DNA of 53,699 nt, taken from positions 62,001-115,699 of the forward strand of contig CAUYUJ010000297.1 in assembly GCA_963575745.1 (NCBI GenBank), written 5' to 3'. The DNA is from Prorocentrum cordatum (lineage: Eukaryota). This document shows, in pieces, positions 34,201-44,931 of the stretch. The notes under the pieces were generated by a model, which saw only the letters and a list, made by a program, of their open reading frames with translations, was not told the origin of the DNA and did not search any database. Each line of letters opens with the position of its first letter. Positions within the stretch are counted from its first letter, which is position 1. Both the position numbers and the translations under genes were made by a program.

Positions 34201-37200
34201 GGCGGCCCTAGCGACGGGGTCTTAGGATATGCGTGGCACGAGATGGCAGCGCATTCGGCGGCGTATCCGGGCAGGCGGCCGATGGATCTCCCCGCTGGGA
34301 TTGAGCCTGCTCACTGTTCTGCATCCCAGTCTCACTCGCGACACCCTGCATCACGATATCTACCCCGTCATGGGGCCTCAGCGTGAAGCCCGGGCCAATT
34401 CCAGGAGCGTTGAGTGGCGGCAGGCTGGAGAGCGGGCCAAGCAGTGGAGAGCTATACTCAAGGATGCATCGCGCGTCGGGGCAGATGTCGCAAGCGGGCT
34501 ATGGGCTCGCGACGTGGCAGAAACCGCCCCCGGCGCGGTCGAGAAGCGAGGCTGCGCCGCCTACCAGCTGGAGGATTCGCAGGTCGCCGCGGACGCGGAG
34601 GCCAGGGGCTGGTTCGACACGTGGGCCAGCCACGACAGCAGTGCTGGCCCGCCTCGCCGCCCATGGGGGGATATTGAGTGCGATGATAGTATGTTGTCAG
34701 GTATCGCCGACCTCGGTGCGCGCGGGTCCAGAGCCATCTACAGGGCTTGCAAGCCTCATGCGGGCATCGGCGTTTACATTTGGCATCCTAGATGGTGGGG
34801 TCGGCTCTCAGATGGTGCGATGCAGTATCTGGATTTCTTCCGCTATGTATCCCGCGGCGCGCAATGGCCACCGCGGATTCGTTGCATCAGGTCTTCTCTT
34901 ATTTCCATGCCCGAGGGTGGCGCCGAGCCGTTGGGCCCCCCCCTGCGCCTATGAGAGTCGCTGGAAGGGCGCGTGCACCACTGCTGTGCGCCTGGGAGAA
35001 CATGGCCAATAGACCATGGGGCGCAGCTGCGCCAGGTGGAGGTGCCGAGGATGCGATCCGGCGCCAGACGCTGGTCGACGTGGGCGTGGATGACGCCGAG
35101 GGCATCACCGCCGCCGCGGGGGTCCTGGACCTCGGGGGGGGTGGGGGGGTGGGGTGGGGGTGGGGGTGTTCGAGCACACCTCCGTGCACAAGCTCTGGGA
35201 GGTCGCGGACGAGGTTGACTTCGCCAAGCAGCCGCTCAAGCTGGACACCTCCATCTACGCGTGTCAGCGCTGTGTCGGCTTCAGGGGTGTCCTCGGCGAG
35301 CGCGCGGGGACCGCCTACTTCGCGGTGGTAGCAGGCGGCCCTCTGGGCGCGAGGGCTCTCAAGATGTTCGTCGTGCGCGTGGTCGGCCGTGTCTCTTAGA
35401 GGTGGCCGCGCATGTGCATCGAGCTGTTCGTCGAACGACTTCAGCCTTGAGCGACGCGCGGACCGCGCCGCGGTGTCGGAAGGGGCAGGTGGGCCCCCAT
35501 CAGCCAATGCGTCGGGCAGATCGAGGGCGAAGGGCCGCCGGTCTGTCGACGTCGGCCAGGCTGTGCTGCAAGCAAGGGCCTCGTCTTTGCCGCGGCCCCT
35601 AGGGCGCGTCGGGCTCGTCGGCGCTGGGCGGCCTGCCTTGGCCTCGAGCTCGGAACCTGCAGTTGTCAGCTAGGGGTCGACGGTGCCGGCGGCGCCCATG
35701 CGAGACTCGGAGGGCGCGCTTGGGGTAGAGAGCTGGTGGCCAGGAAGAGACGGCGCAGTGTGGCCGCCTGCGATCGGCAGGGGGCGCGACGTGGTAATGT
35801 CGTCCGCTGTGGCCTGACCCCCCCCTCGCCCATGGCGCGGCGTGCGTAGGCATGGGCCCCGGCAAGCTAAGCCGTGCTAGACAGCTGGTTGCCGGCAGCC
35901 TCCTCGGGGGCGCCGCTGTCGGCGATGACCGCGCGCTCCGATTGTGGCTGCGCCTTGCCGGTCCCGCGTTGGATGTCTGCGCGAAGCCCCTCGCGCGTTG
36001 GGCGGCGACTGTCTTTGATGATGATAATCTCTCGGGCCCGGAAGCGGGCTGAGAGCAGGCTGGCAAGAGGCTGGCGCCCAGCCGCTGGTCCATCGCTGGA
36101 TGCAAGTTGGCCGCCCTGCATCCGCTGTCCTGGCCACGCCCCGCAGGCTCAGACGGCGTTGGCCAGCATGTCGCGCCTTCCTCGCCGGCTCGGGGGGCCC
36201 CCTGGACCTCGGGCGCCTCGCTCCCAGCCCCATCATGTCTATGGGGCTGGCTAGAATTGAAGTTTTTTGAAGCTCGCGAGATGGGCCGCGACCGGGGGGC
36301 AGCAGTTTTCTCGTCCGTTTTTGGAGCCCGTTCGCGCGGTCCTGCGGCGGGGGACAAGCGCCCCTGGACGGCAGCAGGCGATTGCGGCTTATGTTTGCAA
36401 GTCCTTTTGGACTCGGGGCAACGTCTGGAAGGGTGGGCGCAGTGACTCCAGATGATGCCATCTTTGCCAGGGCCTTCGAGGCACGCAGCATCACCGTTTT
36501 TGTTAATGTCCAGCGCTTGAGGATGCTAGGATGGAGGCGGCTGAGGAGTTCCCGCGAATTCGGAGGCGACCCTCTCGTCTGATGCTACGCCTACTCCGAC
36601 GGCTTGGGTGTTGGCCCCCCCCCGGGTGCAAGAGCTATGGTTGGGTTGCGTTCTGAGTGCTTATGGGGGTTCTTCTGAAAGCTGGCATAGGCCCCCTGGG
36701 CGGACGCAGATTCTGTGGCACGGTGCTCAGCGGAGCTTATGGGCTTATGGGGGATCTTGCAGCATGCAGCTCCGCCGATTAGGGTGGGAGTTGGCAGCGC
36801 CACCGTAATGAAAGGTTGTGCCAGAGGCGAGGTGTGGCGCACGCGCAGGATCCTGCGGGCCTCCTGGGCGTCGAGAGGCTCGACGTCCTCGGGAGTGCCC
36901 AGTCCGACAGAGGCCGATCTCGGAGCCCAGTTGGATGGCGTGCCGCAGTGGCTGAAAGCTGCGCGGAGCGAGCGCTCTGCTGACGTTTGCAACGTGTTTG
37001 ACATTGTGGCCGGCATGACCTTGCGTGTTGGCGCATTTTATGATACGGCGGGCAGGGTGCATGTGGTTCCTTGGGTTGGTGCGAGGCGCGGGGCCAGAGG
37101 CTTGCTGGGACCTCCCCCTGGGACCACTCCTCGCGCCCTGCTCTGGGAACGATAAGCCTGGCGGTGTCATACTGCAGGTTGTGGCAGGCGCGCATTTGGC

Positions 37201-37490
37201 GCGAGAAGTAAGAAGAGGTTGTTCCGCGCGCCCTGTCGTCGAGAACCCTCCTGCGACTCTCGGTTTGTCCCCGCTGCTGCGGCTGGCGCGAGGCCAACTG
37301 TGCGCCCGCGTGTCCTCTTGCGTGCGGGCAGCTGCCTGTTCTGTGGCAGCTGTGGGGCCTTTTCCAGTGGGCGAGCCAAGAGGATCCTGTTCGCTTGCGA
37401 CGGTAAACCTGCCAACTCGAAGACCAGGTGCCGTCGACGCAAGCATCTCAAAGGCGAACGCCCCTACGCGGGGGCGAGGATTTCAGATTT
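31215..37490 (+). mobile_element. Decayed near-full-length LINE: coiled-coil ORF1, AP endonuclease, RT, RNase H and Cys-rich tail; interrupted at 32562-33740
   Basis: ORF1-like coiled coil at 31226-31700. APE motifs: FISAYFW, PWVLQADFN, and RTID|FLV split by the insertion. RT motifs: WHPRWWGRLSD, WP, EGGAEPLG, VLDL..FE, frameshifted LFVDDF at about 35424-35442, RALGVEL. RNase H remnants YSDG and AELMGL at about 36590-36860; FCGSCG at about 37340. Confidence 0.85.
32562..33740 (-). mobile_element. Family A copy 2, with an internal ~73-bp tandem array (about 32745-33495)
   Basis: Same termini as copy 1; removal restores the LINE endonuclease codons AGG ACG ATC GAT TTC CTC GTC (RTIDFLV). Confidence 0.8.
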
Positions 37491-37510
37491 CAGACGGGCC
37501 TGCGGTGCGG

Positions 37511-37838
37511 CTTTCGCCGAGCGAAGCGGCTGAGGTCAGCGAGACACTGCGGGGCGCTGAATAGCGGCGGGGGGCGAAAGTGGCAGGAGGCGCCACCCCG
37601 GGCGCCAGGCGCCAGCTCTTGCTCCAGCATCGTCCTCGTGGTGGTGTCGTGTGGTGGGTGCACCCGCTTCTGCTCGAGCATCGTCCCCTTGGTGGTGCTG
37701 GGTGCCAGGTGCACGCGGCGGCTCTTTTGCAAGCCGCAAGCCTAAGCCACTTTCGCCAAGCGAAGCGTCTGAGGTCCGCGAGACACTGCAGGGCGCTGGG
37801 TAGCGGCGGGGGGCGGAGGTAGCAGGAGGCGCCACCCC
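37511..37838. repeat. ~89-bp direct repeat pair (37511-37599 and 37750-37838)
   Basis: CTTTCGCC.AGCGAAGCG.CTGAGGTC.GCGAGACACTGC...GCAGGAGGCGCCACCCC occurs twice, offset 239 bp. Confidence 0.85.
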
Positions 37839-37988
37839 GTCCGCTCCAGCGCTCCCCCTTCAGGCCTCGGTTAGCAGCGGAGTGCAGCCAGGTGAGTTCA
37901 GGAAGAAGAAGAAGATTCCTCTTCCTCCTACCCCTTATCCTCTTCCTGTCCTTCCTGCTCCTTTCTGTTCCTCCTCCTCCTTTCCCGT

Positions 37989-38205
37989 TGAGGACAGGGG
38001 ACAGCACGGCCCACCCGCACCTCCAGCCATGACCCCCGCTCCCGACCTGGTGATCCAGGAAGCCCGGACTGGGGCTGGGGGTGGCTTTTTGGGGTGGGGG
38101 CAAACAGCCTCCTTCGTCTCAACCAGGATCCCCTGGGATCCCCTGGATCACCGGGACGGGAGTGGGGATCCTGACTGGGGGTGGGGATGGGTTGTACTGT
38201 CCTCA
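37989..38205. mobile_element. MITE/foldback with ~65-bp imperfect TIRs
   Basis: Outer ends TGAGGACAG/CTGTCCTCA; inner arms CTCCCGACCTGGTGATCCAGG and CCTGGATCACCGGGACGGGAG. Confidence 0.75.
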
Positions 38206-38908
38206 TCCTCCTTCTCTTTTGTTATCGCCTCCTCCTGTTCGTCGCCGTCGCCCTCCTCCTCCCCTCCACCCCCTCTTGCTCCTGCTTTTGCTCCTCCTCC
38301 TGCCCCTCCTCCTCCTCCTCCTGCTCCTCCTCCTCCTCCTCCTCCTCCTCCTCCTCCTCCCTCTTCCTTTTGGTGGCGATTCGACAGGGTCGAGGCCAGA
38401 GTTCTCTCTCAGTCTTCGGCGCCCGGGGGCCGCTCCTGGGCCGCGGGGCCGCCAGAAAACGGCTCCGATGCCGGGAGGGGGAGGAGGGTGGGCGGAAGGA
38501 GGGGGAGGCAGAAGATCGGGCCGGACGAAAGAGAAGATATGCAGAGACAGTCGGGGGGTACAAATTGTGCTGCATGCAGCTGGTTTCGGTCCCGGCGGCC
38601 CGCCGCCGGGCGCGTCCCTCGATACATACGCGTCTCCGGCGGCGGGGGGCGCTGGAAATTAGCTCCGTGAGCTGATTCGGTAGCCCCTTCTTGCTAGCCC
38701 CCCTTTTGTCCGACCCGAGAGAGGCAGGAGGAGGAGGAACAGGAGGAGGAGGAACAGGAGGAGGAGGAGGAGGAGGAGGAGGAGGAGGAGGAGGAGGAGG
38801 AGGAGGAGGAGGAGGAGGAAGAGGAGGAGCAGGAGGAGGAGGAGGAGAGGAGGAGGAGGAGGAGGAGGAGGAGGAGGAGGAGGAGGAGGAGGAGGAGGAG
38901 GAGGAGGA

Positions 38909-39250
38909 CCACGGATCAACCCGACTGTTGCGTCTTGACGATCTTGGATCGTGCCAGAACGCCAGCCTTGGGATTTCAACACCGCGAACCAACGGAACTG
39001 TTGCACCCGCGAAATCTTGAATTTTTCTAAAACAACATTTCTGGTACGTTGATCGTGGGATTCCGTGAAACTCTTGCAAATGTCTTAAAACGAAATGTGC
39101 GCGGCGCTGAGGCGAGAGCCACATTTTGGAAACGGGTGATCCTCAATCCGTGAAGCTCATGCAAAGATCTAAAACACACATTTGCGCGGCGCTAAGGCGG
39201 GAACCACATTTTGGAAACCACCCGCCCTCCATCTGTGAATCTGCTTTGAT
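38909..39250 (+). repeat. Dispersed repeat built of GCGCTAAGGCGAGAGCCACATTTTGAAA units; inverted copy at about 42050-42616, partial direct copy at about 30400-30800
   Basis: CCACGGATCAACC (38909) vs GGTTGATTCGTGG (42604-42616), with colinear reverse-complement similarity over about 300 bp. Confidence 0.8.
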
Positions 39251-41224
39251 TTGTTAAGTTTCGGAATCTTTGCAAACAAACCTTCGAAGGATTGCAAAAA
39301 AACCCTTCGAAGGTTTTTTTTTGCAATCCTTTGCAATCCTTCGAATTGGTGAGGAAGTCTCAGGCGACACGCCTGGCCGGCCCTCAAAGCTGGCCTCGGT
39401 GTGCGACAGGGTGAATCTGTTCATAAGGGAGAGGAGTTGAAGATGAGGATTCGGATGATGATGCGGATGATGATGAGGAGGGGGAGGAGGAGGAGGAGGA
39501 GGAGGAGGAGGGGGGGGGAGGAGGAGGAGGAGGAAGAGAAGAGGAGGAGGAGGAGGAGGAGGAGGAGGAGGAGGAAGAGGAGAAGGAGGAAACGCAGACG
39601 GAGGAGGAGGAAGAGGAGGAGGAGGACGACTAACAATGATACTAATACGATTTGAATATGAGAGGACGAATGCGACGATGAGCCGTACTGATAATATGAA
39701 GAAGACGAAACATACTACTAGTAATAATAGTGCCAGTAAGAGCGTGACTACTTCTCATACGTATACTCATATGAATCATAATGATATCATTATCCATCAT
39801 GATGCTGGTGATACTAACGATGCGAGTAATAATATCAAGGGTAGTGCGACGAAACATGATACTATTACTACTGATTCGAAGAAGGAGCATTTTACCCGAA
39901 AGAAGGATGATTAAACATACTACTATTCATAATCATACTACTAATACTAATAATTGCACGACGCGTGCTAGTAAGACGAATAACCATAAGAGGGTGAGGA
40001 GGAGGAGGAGGAGCCTTTGACCCTGGGGACCTTGTCGATGGTAGACTTGTTGCCTAGCGAGAGCTCTTGTGCTTTGGTGGTTTTGCTCTTGCTGTTGCTG
40101 CAGTGCGACCCCGCTTTTCTCCTTTCCTTTCGATCACCCCTCGCTGCCAGCCATGCCCCCGCCCGTCGTGGGGTTGATTCAGCTTTTGGTCAAGTCCTGC
40201 AGCATCGCTGGACCTGGGCCACGTAAGACGGGGGAAACGCCAACGTGGATTAGGGCGCGTGGTTTAGCGACGGGCCCCGCTGCCATACATAATCGGCGCG
40301 ATCAAAGAGTGGGTTTCCAATTACGGCCCCCCCGTCGGATGCCGAAAAGTAGTTTCTTTGGGACCCTGTTAGAGCGCTCTTGAAACCTCCTTGGAGCCTT
40401 CTGGAACCCTTCTTGGGGCTCTCTTGCTTTAGCCATCTTGGAGCCATCTGGAGGCTTCATAAGCCCATCGGAAGCGAAAAGACCAGACGGCAAACCACAT
40501 GTTGCTCTTTAGGTTTTGGACGGATTTTGGCATCTCGGGGGCGTCCGTTGAAGGCTCCGTGGGCATTCGGAGCTGTCTTGGGACTGTCTTGGGGTCTCTT
40601 GGAGGCATGATGGGGCTACCTTGAGCCATCTTTGGTAGATATTTGAACTATCTTTGGGCCCGTCTTTGGCCATCGTGGGCCATCTTGGACGCTCAAGCGC
40701 CTCGCGGGGCGAGGGTTCCAGACCCAAGGAGAAGGGGCAGGGGGAGACTTCAACCTCTCCCTGAAGGAGAATCAAAACATTGAAGTCACGAACTACTCTC
40801 TAGAAGGCAGGTCGGATTGGGGTGGTAGCTGGACTGTGCAACCTTCTGTTCGCACACGATGATGCTTGGAGCATGGGCAGACGCATTGGCGAAGCCAGCC
40901 GATCAGCGAACACTGACTATAGGCCCCGCAGTTGCGGATAAGAGCGACGGGGCGGGGGTGTGGGGGGGGTCGTCGGCAGTTTGCGAGGCTCAGAAGTAAA
41001 TTACAAGAAGCACGCCGCAGGCGCTGGTTGGTAACGTTGCGCAGCGAGCCCGCCGCAGGCGTCCATTCTCGTCAAGTTCATGGGGGTGGGTGGCGGATGG
41101 GTCGCGTGCAGGATGACGATGACAACAATCATTTTGCGAATGTTCGCTCTTCGTCGCTCGCGCCGCCCGGGGCTCTGCCGCGACGCCCCTCTTTGCCCTC
41201 GCGCGCGGTCGCCTGCGCCTGAAG

Positions 41225-41278
41225 GAGGCGGGGACCAGGCACGACGCCGGCCTGGCGGAGCTGAGGTCCCTTGTCGAG
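41225..41278 (+). CDS. Phase-0 coiled-coil exon, copy B (EAGTRHDAGLAELRSLVE)
   Basis: aag| acceptor, GAG|gc donor, 54 nt; 16/18 aa identical to copy A, with 3 synonymous differences. Confidence 0.65.
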
Positions 41279-41833
41279 GCCGAGGGAGGGCTCCTCCTGC
41301 TCCTGCTCGTCTTCCTTCTGCTTGCCGTCGTCGTCGTCGTCGGCGGCGTCGTCGGCGTCGTCGTCGTCGTTGTCGTTGTCGTGGTCGTGGTCGTGGTCGT
41401 GGTTGGCGTCAGTGTCGGCGTCGGCGTCGTGGTCGTGCTCGTGGTCGTGGTGGTCGTCGCGCGTCCGCGTGGGGGTTGTGCTCGTGGTTGTGGTGGTGGT
41501 GGTGGTGGTCGTCGTCGTCGTCTTCGTCGTCGGCGTCGTCGTTGGTGGCGGCGCCGTCGTCGTGGTCGTCGTGGTTGTCGTCGTCGTCGTCTTCGTCGTC
41601 GGCGTCGTCGTTGGCGGTGGCGTCGTCGTCGTGGTCGTCGTGGTTGTCGTCGTCGTCGTCGTCATTCTGTCGTGGTCGTGGTCGTGGTCGTTGTCGGCGT
41701 CGTTGTTGTCGGCGTCGTCGTCGTGGTTGTCGTCGTTGTCGTCGTTGTCGGCGTCGGCGTCGTTGTCATGGTCGTGGTCGTGGTCGTGGTTATGGTCGTC
41801 GTCGCCGCCGCCGCCGTCGTCGTCGTCGCCGCA

Positions 41834-41874
<41 letters not shown>

Positions 41875-43119
41875 TGTCGTCGTCGTCGTCGTCCTTCTCC
41901 TCGTCCTCCTCGACCTCCTCGACCTCCTCCTCTTCCTCCTCCTCCATTCCCTCTCCTTGTGAATAACTTTTCTCTTTCGCGCCCCGAGGCTGGTCGACAA
42001 TGCGGGCTGGGCGTTTCGCCTGAGACTTCCTTTCCATTTATGACCCTGAAGCTTGAAAGTTTCACGGATGGAGGGCGGGTGGTTTTCCAAATGTGGTTCT
42101 CGCCTTAGCGCCGCGCACATTCGTTTTAGAATTTTGCAGAGTTTCGCGGATGGAGGATGGGAAGGTTTTCAACACGTGGTTCCCGCCCTAGCGCCGCGCG
42201 CGTTCTTTTCAAACGTATCACGGATTGAGGGCGGGTCGTTTTCAGAATGTGGCTCTCGTACGCATTCGTTGTACGCATTTGCAAGAGTTTTATGGATTAA
42301 GGGCGGGTCGTTTTCAAAATGTGGCTGTCGCTTTAGCGTCGCGTAACTTTGTTGTAGAACTTTGTAAGACCTTCAGGGACTGAGGGCGCTTGGTTTAAAA
42401 AATGTGGCTGTCGCCTTAGCGTCGTGCACATCCGTTTTAAACAACTGCAAGAACTTTCAAGGATTCCCATGGTTGACATACCAGAAATTGTGTTATGGAG
42501 TGGTTCAGGATTGTCAGGGCGCAACAGTTACGTTGATTCGCGGCGTCGAAATGACAGGAATGGTGTTCTGGCACGATTTGGGGTCGTCAAGACGCGACAG
42601 TAAGGTTGATTCGTGGCGTTGAAGTTCCGAGAATGGTGTTTGGCACGCTTCAGGATCTTCCAGCGGTTGTCTCCCAACGGGGTACTTATATTAAGTGGAC
42701 ATGAGCCCATGTAGGGGCCTATATTGTAAATAGGGAGCTGGAGGGAGGGTTTTTTCCAGCATCGTTGATGAGTCTTGGGTTTGTACTGTTCCTCCTCCCT
42801 TTCCTGCTCGTCTTTGTCCACCTCCTTCATCCCTCCCTCTTTCTCCTCTACCTACTCCTTCTGCTCGTCGTCGCCGTCCTTCTCCTCCTCGTCCCCCTGC
42901 TCCTCCTCCTCTTCCTCCTTCATCTTATTCCTCATTCTCCTTCTTCTGCTTATCGTCGTCGTCCTCCTCCTCCTCCTTCTCCTCGACCTCTCCCTCCTCG
43001 TGCTCCTCCACCTCCTTCTTCCCCTCCTCAACCTCCTCTTCTTGCTCGTCGTCGTCATCAGGCCAGCAGAGCCCTCCCATCCTCGTTGCGCGTGGCATTT
43101 ATGAGGACGCTTGGCACAG

Positions 43120-44880
43120 ACCACACAGACGGTGCGATGAGGTGAGTGGTCAGGCGGCGAGGGGGCGTGCGGCGTGCAGTGCACCTGCGGCAAAGAGGCC
43201 TCGGCGACGCTGGCACGCTGTAGCGCACTGGGGCCACCTCGTCGGCGCTTTGGCGCGCTGTGGATGCCGGGCTGGCTGACGGGCCCCCGCATGGCCTCGG
43301 GGTCCAGGCTGCGGCAGCGGCTGGGCGCCTGCCCAGGGGCCCCTCCCCAGGCCTGCGCCCGCACGCCGACCCTCGGGAGCAGCAGGATCGATCCCGTGGT
43401 GCTCCGCTTCGTGGGCGTGCCCCACACGTGGGCGGCGAGACAGTCTGGGAACCGCAGGTGCAGCCCCGCGCGTTCTGGAGGTGATCCCTGCCGCTGCCGA
43501 GCGGCGTGCGGCGTGCGGCCCTGCGCACGCACCCCGAGGGCGCTCGGCGTGGGCGCCTGCCGGCGCGGCCCTCCCCACGGCGCGCCGCCTGGGCGGGGGG
43601 GTGCAGCGGGCCCTTCGCCCCGAGCAGTGGCGAGGGCGCGGAGTGCAGCCTGCGCAGGCCGAGGGCCTCGGCAGCTGCAGGCCGAGGCCACGCGTGCCGC
43701 CGTCAGTGCTCGGGGCCACTGGCAGCGGGCCGGTTCGCAAGGCGGAGCCTCTCGCCAGCCGGCCCATCATCTGGCAGCCCTCGCGCAGGCTCTGGAAGCG
43801 CAAACTGGACGCGTGGGGGGCCAGCGTCATCACGGTGCCGTGCGTGCTCTGGCCCCGAGAGGGCGCTGGCGGCGGGCGAGGCCCTTCGCGCAGGGCCTTG
43901 TTGGCAACTCGACGAGCCGCCACTGGAGGTGGCCTTGGTACCCTCCACCACCGTCACCGCGAGTGCCCATCCCACTCTGGGCTGTGCCGAGACAGGGCGC
44001 CGCTTGGCCTTCGTGAGCGTGGGGCGAGGGTCAGGAGCTGGCGGAATGAGGCTGCCGAGCGAGCGCTTCCGCGGGGGGCTTTGGCCTGACCCTCGGCGCC
44101 TCTTTCAGCGCCTGGACTTGGAGGGTGAGTTTCGCTGGATGAGCAGGCCCAGTTATGGGCGGCTGAGTGGCTGCCCCTTGACGGCAGCTCCCTCCTAGGC
44201 CGCCTCCCTGGCCTGGAGCACGCTGGCTGGGCAGTGGTCCAGCTCCACCGATTCGGCCAGCTGGAGACAGCGGCTTTCGGGCCAGTGTCGACCTCGGCGG
44301 CACCCAGCCAGACGGCACCCGACGCCAAGGATTACGCGGCTCTCGTGCTGACGGAGGAGGCGCTGGCGCCGTTCCAGCTCCACCTGGACTGCGCAAACGC
44401 GCTGCGCGTGCCGGCAGGCGGAGCCGGCGCGGGGGCCCGAGGGCCTGACACGAGACCCCCTCTGGGGCCCATTGGGGCGGGCCTTCGACGAGGCCGACCT
44501 CGAGGCCAAGACGCTCGGGCAGGGGGCCGATGCTGCCATGGCGCGCGGCTGGCACGGCGTCGCCGAGCCCGAGGCTGGCCTCCGGCGCGGCTCGCGGGCG
44601 CCGGCGGAGGAAGGCGGCCTGCTGGATGGCTCCGTTGGAGGCCTCGTGGGCCGAGGACGGTCGCCTGAGCCACGACGACGTCGGGGAGGCTGGAAGCACT
44701 GAGGGCTGGGATCGCTGCTGACATAATGGTCAGAGGAGGACAGATCGCGCTCGCGTGGGCCTGTAAACAAGTAAGGCAAAGGGAGCCCACGCCCCAACCA
44801 CAAGCAAAGAAAGACCTCATGGTAGCCCCAAGAGGCCCCCAGTGGGTCCGGCGGCGTCTGCAGGGAGTTGAACAAGACTA
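43120..44880 (+). mobile_element. Decayed non-LTR retrotransposon fragment (post-RT region and RNase H)
   Basis: GTLHHRHRECP and GLWPDP motifs, then frameshifted RNase H motifs (LDGSS, AGWAVVQL, FGPV..AAPSQTAPDAKDYA, LHLDC). Boundaries approximate. Confidence 0.65.
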
Positions 44881-44931
44881 GGACGGCATGCCCAGCCTCA
44901 GTCAGCCTCGTGGACCTCTTCTAAATTCATA

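Noticed and set aside
43681..43830. Coiled-coil exon AEATRAAVSARGH... after a cag acceptor
   Set aside because: Weaker GC3 bias and lies inside the decayed LINE, whose motifs continue across it in shifted frames.
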